64,000 nucleotides of DNA from Octopus vulgaris (taxonomy: Eukaryota). The translations under genes were made by a program, and so were the position numbers. How positions within the stretch are numbered: the stretch's first letter is position 1; each line of letters begins with the position of its first letter. Below, in pieces: positions 11,459-26,300 of the stretch. The DNA lies in the NCBI GenBank assembly GCA_951406725.2, contig OX597828.1, forward strand, positions 75,764,001-75,828,000, written 5' to 3'. The notes under the pieces are model-generated. The model had not been told where the DNA came from. It saw only the letters and a program-made list of their open reading frames with translations, and ran no database searches.

Positions 11459-11874
11459 AATTTGACTGGAGCCATGCTGGAGTACCGCCTTTAGTCGAAC
11501 AAATCGACCCCAGGACATACTTTGACAGCCTAGTACTTATTCTATCGGTTTCTTTTTGCCGAGCCGCTAGTTACATCGGTTGTCATACATACATACGTAC
11601 GTACGTACGTACGTACGTACATACATACATACATACATACATACATACAGACATACAGACAGACATACAGACAGACATACAGACAGACAGACAGACAGAT
11701 ATGTATGTATGCGACGGGCTTCTTTCAGTTTCCGTCTACCAAGTCCACTCACAAAGCTTTGGTCGGCCCGAGGCTATGGTAGAAGACACTTGCCCAAGGA
11801 GCCACACAGTGGGACTGAACCCGAAACCATGTGGTTGATAAGCAAGCTTCTTACCACACAGCCACTCCTGCGCC
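11459..11874 (-). mobile_element. SINE family B (tRNA head, CORE-like CCTTGGGCAAGTG, internal microsatellite)
   Basis: Homologous to 27647-28025 and 59468-59864. Confidence 0.85.
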
Positions 11875-12277
11875 TATGTACAACCAGCCACAGATGAATA
11901 TATACAGACAGAAAAGGTAATGAGGCTGTATATTTCTGTTTTTCAACTTTATCCCTCTTTCTCTCTCTCTAGTATCTCTTTTCGTGTCCGATTATAAACA
12001 AACATGTTAAATACGCCAATACACACACACACACACACACACACACGTCAATGTTCTCTTACTGGACACGATGTTTGCTGTTTGTGATAACCAGATGTAC
12101 ACAGGAATCTTAAAATGTCTACATCAGAAAAGCCAGGAAGATCGTAAATATGTTTTGCTCTTTATACAGTTTATTTATTTATCAAATATGTGGCAATGTG
12201 CTGTGCTTTTACGTGCATCTGTTTACTTTAAAAACAAATTGTGTCTTCGAGATAAAATATCACGTCTATGTGTGTGT

Positions 12278-12319
<42 letters not shown>

Positions 12320-12499
12320 GCGCACACACACATGCTCTCACAAATATGTATACATATATATTTATATAAAAGGAATCATTTATAATTTGTCCCTGCCAAA
12401 AGCTGTCCTACTTCATTTACTTTAAAAATCTCTGTTAATGGAGATAACAACAACCCGCATGAACACATTAAAACTCTACTCTTTAATAGCAATCTTGTT

Positions 12500-13570
12500 A
12501 TTTCCGTAACAACAGATCGGCTGCAGACGCACTTGTCTATGCTTCCAACCAGTCACCTCCTACTTTATCTTCTCTCTCTCACGCGCTCTCTCTCACTCCT
12601 TTCCGGAATTTGGCGGAAAATGTTTCCTTACACTCAATAGCAACGAGTATCTTTCCCTATACCTCAGGATTTCTTACCGCTGATGTACTCAATCCATTCC
12701 TCGATTCTTCTGTGAGAGGATTCTTGCCATAGTACACTTTCGTGTTTTCTGCTCAAGGAGCTTTCTACGAGTTATACTCTGTACACTGTAGTGTGATGCA
12801 AAGTTGGTCATATACCCCATACCCTTTCTCTTATACATCAACGGCTTCCTTGCTCTTACCAGGAAAGCCCCATTTTACACAGATGATACAAATCTTAATA
12901 CTTCCCTAAACATCCGCTCACAAAGATGTACGTATGTCAAAGACACTATTACCAAATTTCCACCAGCACCATGAAGAGTTGCTCTGAAATGTCCTTCAAT
13001 AGAGTCAAATTAATTTTGCTTCCTTCGCTACTACACAGAAACAATCGTATATTTATAAAATAAACTTTTTTGGCCCTTTACATTCTAAACTTAAACATAA
13101 ACATCACATATTTAAAACACTTGAAGTCACGAAAAATGCTAGAAGCATCATCTCTGAGGACATTCTCTTGAAGAAAATGTATCCTTCATTTGGAGCCAAA
13201 CTTCACTTAAAAAGACTGACCTTCTTCTCTTCATCAGAGCCAAAACTATTTCAGTCCCTTACAACTACTGACCATGCTCACAGTCCAGGTGGGACCCACG
13301 ATAGAGGAATGGAGCCACTTTTGGTTTGAAGAAGCTGCTGCTCATACAACATACATCCGAGAAGACATCCAGAGAAAGACCATTCGAGTGACTTGCGTAA
13401 TGTCAGGGACCAGCACCCTCCAAACTTCGGCCCACAAACGTGCTGCCTTCTACCTTTGTATTTTCCACTGCACCTACTATAGTTACTACTTCTCTGTGTT
13501 GACTGGTATCGTGCCCCCTTTACTACAAATGTATTCATCTCTCCTGTTCTCAACTACATTGTTTTCAACT
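12500..13570 (-). pseudogene. Highly decayed non-LTR retrotransposon-like sequence
   Basis: Purine-rich, coding-like composition on the minus strand with only faint endonuclease-like traces; no clean motif. Confidence 0.25.
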
Positions 13571-14382
13571 CAATTCCAAACCCACTAATTACTCTACTCA
13601 ATCGATTCTCTCCTGAACATTACTGTGCTATGACAAGAATCCGCCCCTAAAAATATCGGGAAACGGATTAATCATCGATGATTAAAGATCCTAAGGTATA
13701 GTGACAGTATATAGCAAACCTTTTCCGCCAACCTCCAAGAGAGAGGGAGAAAGAGAGAGATGATGGAGAAAGAGCTGACATAGATTAGTTCGTTTCCAAC
13801 GCTGTTAACTTGTAAATCTTACAGAAAAATACTGACCACATTCCATTTCAAATTGCAGCAAAAATAAATGCAGAGCACACGAAATTTGAAGATAGCGAAG
13901 GACACTATAGAAACATATAATACACGGGATAGTCATTGATGGGCTGTCTTTGATGTTAGATCTGTTCAATTATGACTGGCCTGGTGGAAAACAACAACAG
14001 TAACAACATCATGACTGGCTCTTCTTTGCCGTCGTTGTTTTACGCGGTCATGTGACCTTGTAAAAGTAGTCGCCATGTTTCCTGAAACCACAGGTACAGA
14101 CTTTAAAAATAAATGAAGGAAAATCTTTGGAAAATGTAATGGTAAATACACTTAAATGTGTGAAGGTCATTGACAGAATGTCTTTCCTTGTAGGTCAGTT
14201 CACTCATGGCTAATCTTGTAGTAAACAACATTACCAAAACCGCCACAAGCGGTACCAGCACTTCTATCGCCACCAACAACTATATTTCTATTAACATGGA
14301 AGTCTAGTTTCATGTTTATCGTTACAGTTACCACAAAGTTCGATCCCAAAGTCTCTTCCTATCCCCATGATCTTTCCCCACC

Positions 14383-14512
<130 letters not shown>

Positions 14513-15171
14513 AAAGAATCTGTTTTGCAAAAGCTGGAAGTTCAGCTAAGATTTCTTGAGGCGTCTACTGTCATGTTGTTGTTGTTGTTGTTGAGAAGCT
14601 GCTTTTAATTTTGTTAAAAATGAAGAGAAAGGCTGTATGCATTCTATCATCCTCCACCAGAAACCATCCCTCCACATTTACTCGCTTTCACCAGTAGCTG
14701 TCACTACTTGTATCTACTGTTGGACAAGAAATGGAATTAGTATGGCTACTAAACGTATACCTTTAGAAGAGATAAAAGACATCGGATATATATATACAAA
14801 CACAAACACACATATACGCATTCGTGTATGTGTGTGTGTTTGCTACTATACCTACGTATACTTAATCTAGCTATCAGAGTTATATGTACTCACACAAACA
14901 ATACAGCCACGCAAAACACCTTAAGCGTTTGTTTGGGACTTCGAAGTTTCAACATAATTTGGCTTTTTTTAGTCTACACTTTGTAACGTAACCTACGATT
15001 TAGTTAATGCTGATGGTATTTAGACAATTATCAGCAAGTAACACACACACAATTTTGTGCATGTAAGGGTGGTGGTCATATATGTGTATATATGTGTGCA
15101 AGTGCATGAGTAGTGACCCGAGGGCGATATCGGTTTGAGAGAGAATCACATAGATATGTGTGCATGCACGT

Positions 15172-15212
<41 letters not shown>

Positions 15213-15436
15213 TATAAAGAGATAGAAAGACTAGCTAGATTAGATAAATAAATAGCTAGATCGGAGGCGGAAGGGCAAATACAAACAAAGAAACAAAGAC
15301 CAGAAGTAAAAGAAAACAAGTTAAAAAATGAATTGACACCGCAGCAAAACACATTATAGATAGACAAGATATATGTACACATGTATGTATATACATATTT
15401 ATAGGTATATATTCACACATATATACACATACACGC

Positions 15437-15479
<43 letters not shown>

Positions 15480-15606
15480 GTATGTACACGTGTATCCTTA
15501 TACGTGTACAAATATGTGTGTATGTGTATACATAGACACATTATCCTGCGAATGTGTAATTATAGGTAAGTAACGTCTATAATACCAAAAGAGAAGAAAA
15601 GGAAGA

Positions 15607-15611
<5 letters not shown>

Positions 15612-15638
<27 letters not shown>

Positions 15639-15639
15639 G

Positions 15640-15731
<92 letters not shown>

Positions 15732-15735
15732 AAGC
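15612..15735. repeat. (TAA)n-(GAA)n microsatellite
   Basis: Seen directly. Confidence 0.95.
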
Positions 15736-16314
15736 AACAACCCTGTTGCATGAAATTGGTCAACTTAGTAAGTTTAGAAATAGCCATCCTCCAGTCCCCA
15801 CATATAGCCTCAACAATGAATAAGCACAAGAACTAATAACAGTAAGAAAAATTCAATACTGAAAAAATAAAGTAGACAATAAAAAAAATGGCGAAGTCAG
15901 CGCGAAAAAAAAAATTGGTGAGACGAGAAATACTGTATATGTGGTTGTCTTTGTGTAACAGTTTATGGGTCCATGTGTGAGTGTTTGTGTAAATGTGTGT
16001 CTATCGCGCCACCTCTCTGTACGTATATATATATATATATACATGTATGTATGTATGTATGTATGTATGTATGTATGTATGTATGTATGTATGTATGTAC
16101 GTATGTATGTATGCATACATACACATGTGCATCAATGATTTTGGCAAGAGAACCTATTTACTTGGAATCTGGATGTTTAACCGAAGACACCAAATCAATA
16201 GAAATGAAGATGAAAATAGAATCGAGTGAATCAGAAATTTTTCACAAACTCTTTACAACTAAATTCTACTATTTACCTTGATTTTCATTTTATGGCCATT
16301 TATTTTTATAGTTC

Positions 16315-16371
<57 letters not shown>

Positions 16372-16785
16372 TGAGTGTGTGAATGAACACCTACACAAGC
16401 GAGAGTATTTTGCAAATTTTTCTTTCGCTGTTGGAATGAATTAACACATTCTCAGTTTTTCAACTTGATAAAATACAAATATCGTCTCTACCCGGGTGCC
16501 ATTTCGAGTAGATGCGTTTTCCTGGCAGTTAGTTGGGTTTATTCTTAAAAAGTGATTACACACACACACACACACACGTAAACCTAATACAGTGTAGAAT
16601 GCACATATTAAGCATTCAAAAACACTTTAAATCTTTACTTCATTTCAACGTTTATTATTCGGGATGAAAATTTTCTTCGCACCAACTGCATCCTAGTTGA
16701 AGACATGAATCCTCTTCAGTTTGTGTTTCTAATTTCAAAACACGGTCTCCGAGCAAATCATTTGCCTCACCAGTACACTTCCGCA

Positions 16786-16817
<32 letters not shown>

Positions 16818-17148
16818 ACACACACACACACACACAGAGTTATATACACCTTCATATATATGCATCCAATATACACAACACGGAGGAACATTCACAACCT
16901 TAGACACAGTTACGATTTTACACTATAGCACGAAGCTTTTTTTTTTCCTTTTTAATTTTCAATCATAGAACCATTTCGTACAACGGTGGAAAACTCGCTT
17001 TTAATATTGATCAACTATGCCACAACTCCTCCTTCCAAAATATTTAAGAATTTCAACAGAAGCATTTCCTCTCTTTCCTAATATATGGTATTATTTCATA
17101 AAGCCTTTCTCTACATCAGTGGAGGAATGGCTTACAATGGAATCGTTA

Positions 17149-17820
17149 TCTATATATATAAAACTAAGAATGTGTGTCTGTCTGTCTGTGTGTTTCCCTA
17201 AAACCTGAGAACTACACAACCAATTTCATTCAAATTTTACACATGCCTTACTTAGGGTCCGGGGAGTGTCATCGGCAAAAACAATTTTTAACTTTTTCCC
17301 TAGGGCGACCCCACAGATATAACATATCTTCTCCACTACAATTCCCTAAAACTTGAAAACTACACAACCAATTTAATTCAAATTTTGCACATGCCTTACT
17401 TAGAGTCCATATAGTTTCATGACCAAAAAAATGTTCAACCTCTTGCCTAGGGCGAGCCCATAGCAATATCCTATCTTCTCCACTATTTCAGTATTACGTG
17501 TTAAAAGTGAAACAAAAACATTTCTCTATTTTATGTCAGATACTTTCACTTTAACAATAAAAATAATAATAACAATTGAATTATATGTAGTAAGTAATAA
17601 TTAAAATCAAACTAAAGTATAATATAATCGTAACATAACAACAGTAAAAAGAGCAATTAGTATAAAATTGCATCAATGACTTGAACTTGAATAAGTGGTT
17701 TCACATGAATGGGAATGAATTAAAATTAAAATTAGCGCGTAGAAATGGAATAGTCCAGATGGAGCTGTACACATACCGTTTACAACGGCTTTTACATTAG
17801 ATTATCTGCTAACTAGCTAG
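17149..17820 (+). mobile_element. Non-autonomous Helitron-like element with internal ~148-bp tandem duplication
   Basis: 5' TCTATATATATAAAA followed by (GTCT)n, 3' end at CTAG; 17195-17340 is repeated at 17343-17485. Confidence 0.6.
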
Positions 17821-18208
17821 CATTAAGTATCTATTTGAAGCTTGGCTGTATGTAATGTCTGTTTTCTTGAACAGCCGCTTCTACTGAGTACTGCTGTTGG
17901 TTTATTTCTTATACATAAAGGACTATAGCTTCAACTGCGTACTGCTTTTTGATTCACCGTAAGGCTTGTTGTTATTATTATTACTGTTTAACTATTGTTA
18001 TCACGTTTGTTGGTTCCTCGTAAGGGAAACGTTGTTGTGTTGCATTTGTTAAATAATTGTAAACTGTAACCCTTCCCCTTTGGGAGAAGGAACTTTGATT
18101 ATTGTTTAAAAATTGAATTGTGTCCCTATTTGGGGAAATTGACAATATTTTCACAGTTTATACGGAAGCATTTTTGTTAGAATGTCTTCGATAGAAGAAA
18201 GTCCAAAA

Positions 18209-18650
18209 ATGAATTTCGCTGTAGCCGTCGGCGGGCACAAACTCATTAAAATTAAAATGGAAGAAATACAAACCTATTTCGGATTGATCACCGACAAAGA
18301 CGGTGAATCTAGGATACAATGTAAAGAGAAAAAAAAAAAGATTTGAACACCTGGAGGAAAGTACCATCGAAAACTGTTTTGGTGCGACTATGAAAGATAT
18401 CTACCCAGAGGCGGTAAATTCGCCACAATAGAAGCAAGGTTCGAGTCAACGGAGCGTGTAAGGGAGTACTCGACTCGTTTCTTGCAAAGTGGAAATATTT
18501 TATTTTTACCTTTATATCTGGGACGTAAGACGTCCCGGATAAAAATTAAAAATGTCCCCCCCAGAAGTAGAGGTAGGCTGGATTATCTATACAGAGGGAG
18601 GACAAGATACAATTGATCGAAATTGCAAGAGACGGGCCTACAATTCCAGT
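18209..18650 (+). pseudogene. Divergent relic of the ORF1p-like family (copy 3)
   Basis: RGGKFATIEARFESTERVREYSTRFLQSGNILFLPLYLGRKTSRIKIKNVPP aligns by eye with RGRKYATVDVRFENEDEAKRNATTVLRSEKWVL.PSYCGRRAVRIRISKIPP. Frameshifted and truncated. Confidence 0.7.
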
Positions 18651-18859
18651 CTGTTATATATTTTGAGCATTGTTATCACTAGCGATATCAAGATATAACT
18701 TTGTATTTTGTATTTTATGTGTAGATGTATATATATAGATGTACATGTAATATGTACACATATATGTACACCTATATACCTGCACAAGCACTATGACCCG
18801 GCAACGACGGGTTATAATGCTAGTTATCCTATATTTTAGTGGGATTATAAAACATGGAA

Positions 18860-19500
18860 TTGTAAGCATTCGTTCTGAATGGCCAACATTTCAGAAATAG
18901 TTTCTTTTCAGTTGATTTTAGGTTGAGACTAGCGTCTCTGCACTTAACCTACTGAAATCACCTTGTGCCATTTCATCTCTAACTGGATAGATGGGCTGAA
19001 CAAACTTCAGTTACAGACACACAGTTACTAATCGGCGTCGTCTTGCTTCTCAGGTACCGAGCTGCAAGACAACCAACCCAACATAGTTCTAAGATGTATT
19101 TGCAATTAAGAACCTCGTATCCTATCAATATGTTGCTGTCAATATGTTGCTAACTTCTTACAATCCTAAAGTATCCGATCGTATCGACAGTCTTTCTGCG
19201 ACTCAGTTCAAGTGGGATGTTCCTTAACCCCTCTGCTTTCCACAACAGTAGCCCAACGATGAAAATGTATAGTAGCAATGAAAGAGAACAAGCTTCGGGG
19301 AGACGCGAATATCTTGATTGAGAAGCTTTCAATAGTTGACCGTTTAATCTGATCAATGTGCAAATTATGTTGCCCATAGCACCGTTTAGGCGGACGCTTC
19401 GTGTGATTAGCGAGCAAATGCTACTGTACATAGAAGCAACGATCCAGCATCTGAGAATGAGATGGAAAGCCGCCACTAATTAATTTGGCTAACTCGACTA
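18860..19500 (-). pseudogene. Decayed L1/Tx1-like reverse transcriptase fragment
   Basis: WIVASMYSSICS...IRLNGQLLKA...EACSLSLLLYIF resembles the RQGCPLSPLLY region of L1-clade RT. Confidence 0.55.
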
Positions 19501-20649
19501 AAATCTTTAAACTGATCTAAATTGATCAGATAGTCACCAAAGACAAATCGATTACTCACGCTCTCTACGTCGTATCACGTGAATTGTTGTTTGTAGTAAA
19601 GAAATCTGTCGGGTATTGTACACGTTATGCGCCCTTGACCACGCTACTGATGACAAACGAAATAGTTTCACAAACAGAAAACCACGTTTTTTTATGAACC
19701 GAAGTGAAAACGAAGGACAGTTTAGATGAAAAAAGAAAATAATGAATAAGACTCGAAACAAAATAATTATATTAAAAACTTTAAAGCCTTTACTCATTCA
19801 TTCTTTTAAATACTCCATTCCTTGTTGTTTGTGGTATTTGTATTGTTGTCATTCTATTCTTTTGTAAATTTGCTATTTCTTTCTCTTTTGAAGCCGCTGA
19901 TAACTGTTAATTATTTGTGTTTGTGGTATTTCTATTTTGTGTGTGCTGATCGTTGTTTTACTGGCTTTGTCATTGTTGTTGTTGTTGTTGTTGTTTTCTT
20001 GATGTTCTTGTTGCTGTTGTTGCCCCGAAATCGCCATTTATTATATATTATTTGTTTCATTTGTGGCCACTAAAATCATCAAACAGGAAGTAAAAAAGAG
20101 TTAATTATTAAGTGCCAGTAACTTCCAACTCGCCAGTTCTTGCTGCGACTTAAAATGGCTAAGCTCCACTGAGCAGATGCCAAAAACATTAAGGTTTGGG
20201 AAGAAATAAAATAATGTAAATATTTGAAAAGAGAAATAACAACATCAAAAGCAGTGAAAGAAGGGAGGGTGGTTGGACGGAACAGAAAGGGTAAAAATTA
20301 TTAAATGAAATATTACATGCAATCTTTGTAAAGAGAGAGTGCAGGCGACATGAAGCATATACATTTCGCATTGCTGTATCTTAAAACTGAATATTCAATG
20401 CTTGCCATCTTTGTTCCCCTGAAGAGAGAGAAAATAGAAAAAAAAATTCACACATATCTATTTAGTCAACAATAGTCTGGCCTGTTATAAAGTAGGCTAT
20501 TCACTAAAGACGTGCAATGTCGCCAATGGGCCTCGGTAGTTTGTAAAAGGTTGATGATCAGCATTTATTCAATGTGTTCTCACATAATTTAGTCCTTAAA
20601 TTTGAGTAGAAGTTCAAATCGGTTAGATGGACTCTCCCTTCAACCATTT

Positions 20650-21780
20650 CGACTTCATCTGCTATGATATCTCTTTTGTCAATGCTCAAACAATAAAAGT
20701 TTTCAATATTGATTGCAAAAGGAGCGCAGCGGAACGATGTTCAGGATGAGTCGGAATCCATCTTGTATACGACAGGAATCGCCTGATATACATTCCAAAG
20801 TTAGCAGTCCACAAATACTGAAAAAAGCCAAATAAAAACGTTTAAGGGAGGGTGTCGTCTTTTTCAATCTTTGATATGAGCACTACCGTGTCTGTGATGC
20901 TTATATTGCAACTAGAATTGCCCTTGTTGACTGGATATTTTAAATAATAACAGAACTGAAAGTCCCCCCGAGAACACCAGATCTATATATGCTATACGCC
21001 ATCCAGAGTACCCTAAACTGTATGTTTGTCCATACCATCCCCCAAACCATATTAAAATTAAAAGATTTGCATCCTGCCCAATGTATTTCCTAAAGAGATG
21101 GAGGAACACATGTGATGGAAGAAGACACGCGAACACAACGCTCCTATAACCGAGCATTCATTTATGGTCAACGATTAAACTATCACTGCAGTCCAGTTGT
21201 TACAGACATGAGATGTCCTGGGACGAGTATTCCACATGCGCCGACCTCTTTCATGGAAGTCCACAGATTTGATGGCTATATGTGTTTGATCGCCAATTGA
21301 CACCTAGAATGGAAAGAGATCTCAGTGCAAGATGCTAATAACAAATGGCCACTCTGACAAAAACCTGTCCCTTCAAGAAATTTTAAAAGAGCAACCTACC
21401 CAGTCTGATCAGACAATCCACTATGTCAAGGCTGCATCGACAGGTAGTTACACACCGCCGAAACACTGCTGTCCTACATTTCCACTATAACATTCTTTTA
21501 GCACATTTCTGAGTCAGAGTCATATTTTCCCCAAAAGTCACCATTAGTCCTTCGTTGCCATCTACATGTAAGTTTTGACTGAAGTAAACTCCGAGTGATT
21601 CAACCTCACCATAAAAAAAATTAAAATACCTTGAGGTGACACCGTTATGTATGAAGACAAACACCACAGAATTGAAATCCAGTTGCAATGGATTCCTCAC
21701 CTCACAGAGATTCTTCACAAACCCACCCCAATACGCGATACGCTCAAGACCCTCTTGTTATGGCTTCTACTAAACATCCT
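20650..21780 (-). pseudogene. Decayed Tx1-like ORF2 C-terminal fragment
   Basis: GEVESLGVYFSQNLHVDGN (cf. V.LLGVWF...NW) and an LLF.F.W-like segment; many stops and frameshifts. Confidence 0.45.
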
Positions 21781-23136
21781 AGACTTCAGTAGACAAGACT
21801 TGTGAGTGAAGTCAGGTTGATGGCAATGTTTATCAATGCTAGAATAAAAGCTCTGTCTGCTCCCAGTGGTATGTCGCACGTGATTTGGAATCCCTCCATA
21901 ATGTCATTTCACTATTATATAATGCAATACAATCATTTACGTTGTTTTCGCTGTTAATTAGATATAATTTTAGCACAAGACTCTTGTGTTCTATGAATGG
22001 AGACGATTCAGTTGTGTTTGGAACAGGATCGTATTTAAGGAATCATAGTGACTTCTTGCCCTCCGTCCTTCCAGTCTAAAAGCGCCTGCAAAATGAGGAC
22101 TTCGGTGGTGCCATTTCTCTTATGATTAATCCACTGAAAAGTAGAGAATGGATTCCTTTCGGAAGTGAAAACAACCCAGTTAAGTTCTCTCACCTGAAAT
22201 GGGTACTATCATGTCTACACTGGATCAGGTGATATATTTTTAAACAGATGAGACTAAAAATATTGCGAAATCCGTGAAGCTTTTCTATGTGGTGGTTAGA
22301 CGTATCAGAAACAACAGCTAAATCTATCTTAAATTACCGTTCTACTGCCTTAAAGGAGGACAATGTGGTCCTAGATACATTATCTGGAAAAGAAACAACA
22401 AAAACGGACCACTTATGATGAGAGTGTTGATCATATCAGAATAGACCAGACGTTACGCAACATAACGACGATGACAGATGATGAAGATTACAACCGTCGT
22501 ATGAATCACCGAAGGAGGAAACTACGTGGTCGGTCGAAAGAGTAGAAATAGTAGCCAAACTTCTTTAATCATACACTACAGTTTTAAGAAAGGAAGTGTA
22601 TATTAGAAAATGTAAACTTAGTTACATAAAAGGAGATGGGACGCTTAGAGCTGGAGCATCTCTGATCAGAGATTTACTGGACAAAAGCTGACCTGGAACT
22701 AAACTAAAAACGAGCAATGGTGTAAATCTCCTTTAAGCCATTTTATTACATGCGAAGATTCCATTGTCAGCGCCTCGGTTTGGTTTTTGTTTCTGTTGTG
22801 TTTTCTTTTTGTTATAAAAGATTCTTTGATCAATTTTATATCATTCAATGATAATGGCGGCCACTTACATTGACTGACATTTTTGACACTTGAAAAGGAT
22901 GATGGAGGTGTTGTTGATGTAATTGTAGCAGCAGCAGTAGTAGTCGATTGGGCTGTTGCTAGTTGTTGTTGTTGTTGTTACTGTGGTGAAGATGGCAATG
23001 GCAATGATATTGGTGGTTATGTTTGATCCTTTAACCTATGTTTCGTGTAGACACGACTTTGGTCTCCTGACATTTTGAACTAAAGATTTGGTGTTGGTGG
23101 GAATGAGTACCATAGTGAGGAGAAGGAATGGTGAAC

Positions 23137-23174
<38 letters not shown>

Positions 23175-23757
23175 GAGAGTAGTAATCGTGATACAATGAA
23201 AGACAGAAGGGAAAAGGAGAGATAATGACAGGTAGTAAGAGGGTTCAGTAGAAATATATATATATATATATATGATTAGATGAGGAAAGAAGAGTAATGT
23301 GTATATATGTGTGTATGTATGTATGCCTGTATGTATGCGTGTGTTTGGATATATTGCAAATACAAAAACGCACAAGCAAAACGTACAAATGCGCGTATGC
23401 ATTGACATTCTGACAGACAGAGATTGAAGAGTTAGACAAATTGGAGGCCCATGCTGAAAAGGGATGCGTGGAAACCCAATGAAGATTTAAAATGATAAAT
23501 TCATGGATTATCCACTAATGTAGGTTTGTGTGTTGACAATCAAGAGGTGAGAAGTTTACCGTGTTAGGGTTCAATTTCTAAGGAATGAAACCCTGTTTTT
23601 GAGAAAATCTATTACGTTTATAATTCTTTGTTTTGGTCTATGCGGATTCTGACAAATGGTAAATATTTTCTTGCTATTCTTAATTTACAGACTAAAACGT
23701 GACGGTATAAATAAAATGGACACTAAAATAAGATCAGTCATTATAGAGACCCAGAAA

Positions 23758-23950
23758 TGCGGCGAGCTGGCAGAATCGTTAGCATGCTGGACGAAATGCT
23801 TAGCGGTATTTCGCCCGTCGCTATGTTCTGAGTTCAAGTCCCACCGAGGTCGACTTTACCTTTAATCCTTTCAGGGTCGATTAATTAAGTACCAGTTGAG
23901 TATCAGTTGAGTACTATCCCCATCCCCCATATTTCAGGCCTTGTGCCTAA
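23758..23950 (+). mobile_element. SINE family A
   Basis: GGCGAGCTGGCAGAATCGTTAGCA...GAGTTCAAGTCC...GTCGACTTTACCTTT. Confidence 0.85.
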
Positions 23951-24211
23951 AATAGAAACGATTGTGTGGTCAAACGTTCACTTCGCAAATATACTGTTTC
24001 TAGCAGCAGCCCGGTTTTGAGTGAAATTTGGTAGATAAAAACCGTCCATGTGAATGCTAATGTTCTTGGTTGGTAGATTTCATTCGTTTCCTGCCTTAAT
24101 TTCTCCGTCGACTCTTGCGAGTAGTTTGAAAATAATTTCATATTCTACTAATACCAACCATATAAACCTTAAAACAATTATGCTCTAGTCAGTCCCCCGC
24201 CTGTCACTCAA

Positions 24212-24266
<55 letters not shown>

Positions 24267-24274
24267 TTTTACTG

Positions 24275-24443
24275 CACGTTTCAGACATTTTACTGCAGAA
24301 ATCGTCCCCAGGACTTTGTAAGCATAGTACTTATTCTCTCGGTCTCTTTTGCCGAAGCACTAAGTTTTGGGGACATAAATACACCAACATCGGTTGTCAA
24401 GCGATGGTGGTTTGGGGGGACAAACACAGACACAAAGACACAC

Positions 24444-24497
<54 letters not shown>

Positions 24498-24658
24498 GAC
24501 GAACTTCTTTCGCTTTCCGTCAACTAAATCCACTCAAGTCTTTCGTCGGCGCAAAGCTATAGTAAAAGACATTTACCCAAGGTGCTACTCTGTGGGACTG
24601 AACCCGCAACAATGTGGGTGAGAATCAAGATTCTTACCACACAGCCACGCCTGTGCCT
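24275..24658 (-). mobile_element. SINE family B
   Basis: Homologous to 59468-59864. Confidence 0.8.
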
Positions 24659-24694
24659 ATATATATAATCTTTCATCTTTCCTTTTCCATTTTC

Positions 24695-25098
24695 TTGCTT
24701 CTCTAATTTGACTGCGGCCATGCTGGGGCACCGCTTTGAAGAATTTTAGCCGAACGAATCGATCCCAGTACTTATTTGTTTTGCAAAGCCTGGTACTTAT
24801 TCTGCCGACCACCTTTGTCGAACCGCTAAGTTACGGATACGTAAACACACAAATACCAGTTGTGGAGCGGTGGCGGGAACAAATACATATACAGACACAC
24901 ACACACATGCGCGCACATACACACACATACATAACTATATACAGCAGGCTTCTTTCAGTTTCCACTTACGAAATCCACTCACAAGGCTTTCGTCAGTGAA
25001 AAGCTATAGTGCAAGACACCTGCCTAAGGTGTCAAGCAGTGGGACCGAACCCGGAATCATGTGGTTGGGAAGCAAGCTTCTTACCGCACATCCACACC
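24695..25098 (-). mobile_element. SINE family B (tandem neighbour)
   Basis: Homologous to 59468-59864. Confidence 0.8.
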
Positions 25099-25959
25099 AG
25101 TGTGTGTGTGTGTGTGTGTGTGTAAGCAATAGATTTTGCGGTTCTTTTGTAGTCAGTTCGCAGCAATTATTTACATGATTACAATTCTCGACGAAAGTTT
25201 CAAATTGAAGCTCCCAGGCTGATCTGCTTCCTAGCTTTTGGTAAATAATAAATGAGAGTTTGATAGGCACTTTCTTAACTGTCGACTGGCCACAGAAATA
25301 ATCTCTTCACGGTCTATCACCCTCTTATTATAATGGCCATTCAAACGTGTATTTACTTGATTTTTTTTCCTCTCCTTTTATTTCTTTTTTATTTGGTTTT
25401 CAAACAGGTTTTCTGTCTCATGAAATCTCGTGTGAAATATTCAGCGCAATTACTGCTGCTACTACTGCTGCTGCCGGTGTCGTTCATGTCGGCTACCAAC
25501 CGATGTCATTGTATCAGACTAGTCTGTTTCGTAATCACATTTCAAAGAACCTCAAGGCATTTTGTCATATCCAGCACAGAAGGTATCCACGTGTCCGTCT
25601 GTCATTTTATCTTTAATATTTGGTTTGTACGCGAAAATCTGTCTGATAAACAAACCTTCCGTGGCATACAGAAGTGGCTTAAATGCCTCTGTAGAATTCC
25701 GTAGTTTCATCGAAAGCCAAAATGGTACATTGAATATTAAAGTCAGCCATACAAAATGAAATGGGATAGTCACGGCTGGGACGCTAGTGGTCATATATCT
25801 TATTAGTGATGGCTTAGTAGTAAACAAGAATGGGAGAAGGAAGAGTAGTGGTGAGAGTAAGGGAGGAAATTATAAAAAAATATTGAGAGATGGAATGAGA
25901 GAGAGAATAATTTATAGAAATTGAGAATTTGAGAAATAAGAGAGAGCAAGAGACGGTGA

Positions 25960-26300
25960 TGGGGCGGGAGAGGCGGAGATGGGGCGGGAGAGGCGGAGAT
26001 GGAGTGAGAGAGAAATGGGGAAGGAGAGAGAAATGGGGAGGGAGAGAGAGATGGGGAGGGAGAGGGAGAGGGAGAGAGAAATTGGGAGGGAGAGAAAGAT
26101 GGGGAGGGGCGAGGGAGGGAGAGAGATAGTGAGTGAGAAATTGCGTGTGTAAGAAACAATTTCAATGTGAAAGAGGGAACTGCATGTGAGTGTATGAGAG
26201 TAGAGAAAGAGAGAGAGAGAGACATTGGAAGAGTGGTGAGAGAGACAGAATGGAAGAGTAATGAGAGAAAGAGAGAGATAAAAAGAAGAGAGAAATCATT
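25960..26300. repeat. GA-rich low-complexity/minisatellite tract
   Basis: GGGGCGGGAGAGGCGGAGAT-type units. Confidence 0.8.

Noticed and set aside
25333-25827. Overlapping ORFs with a signal-peptide-like Leu run
   Set aside because: The Leu run comes from a (CTG/CTA)n repeat; no recognisable domain or splice support.
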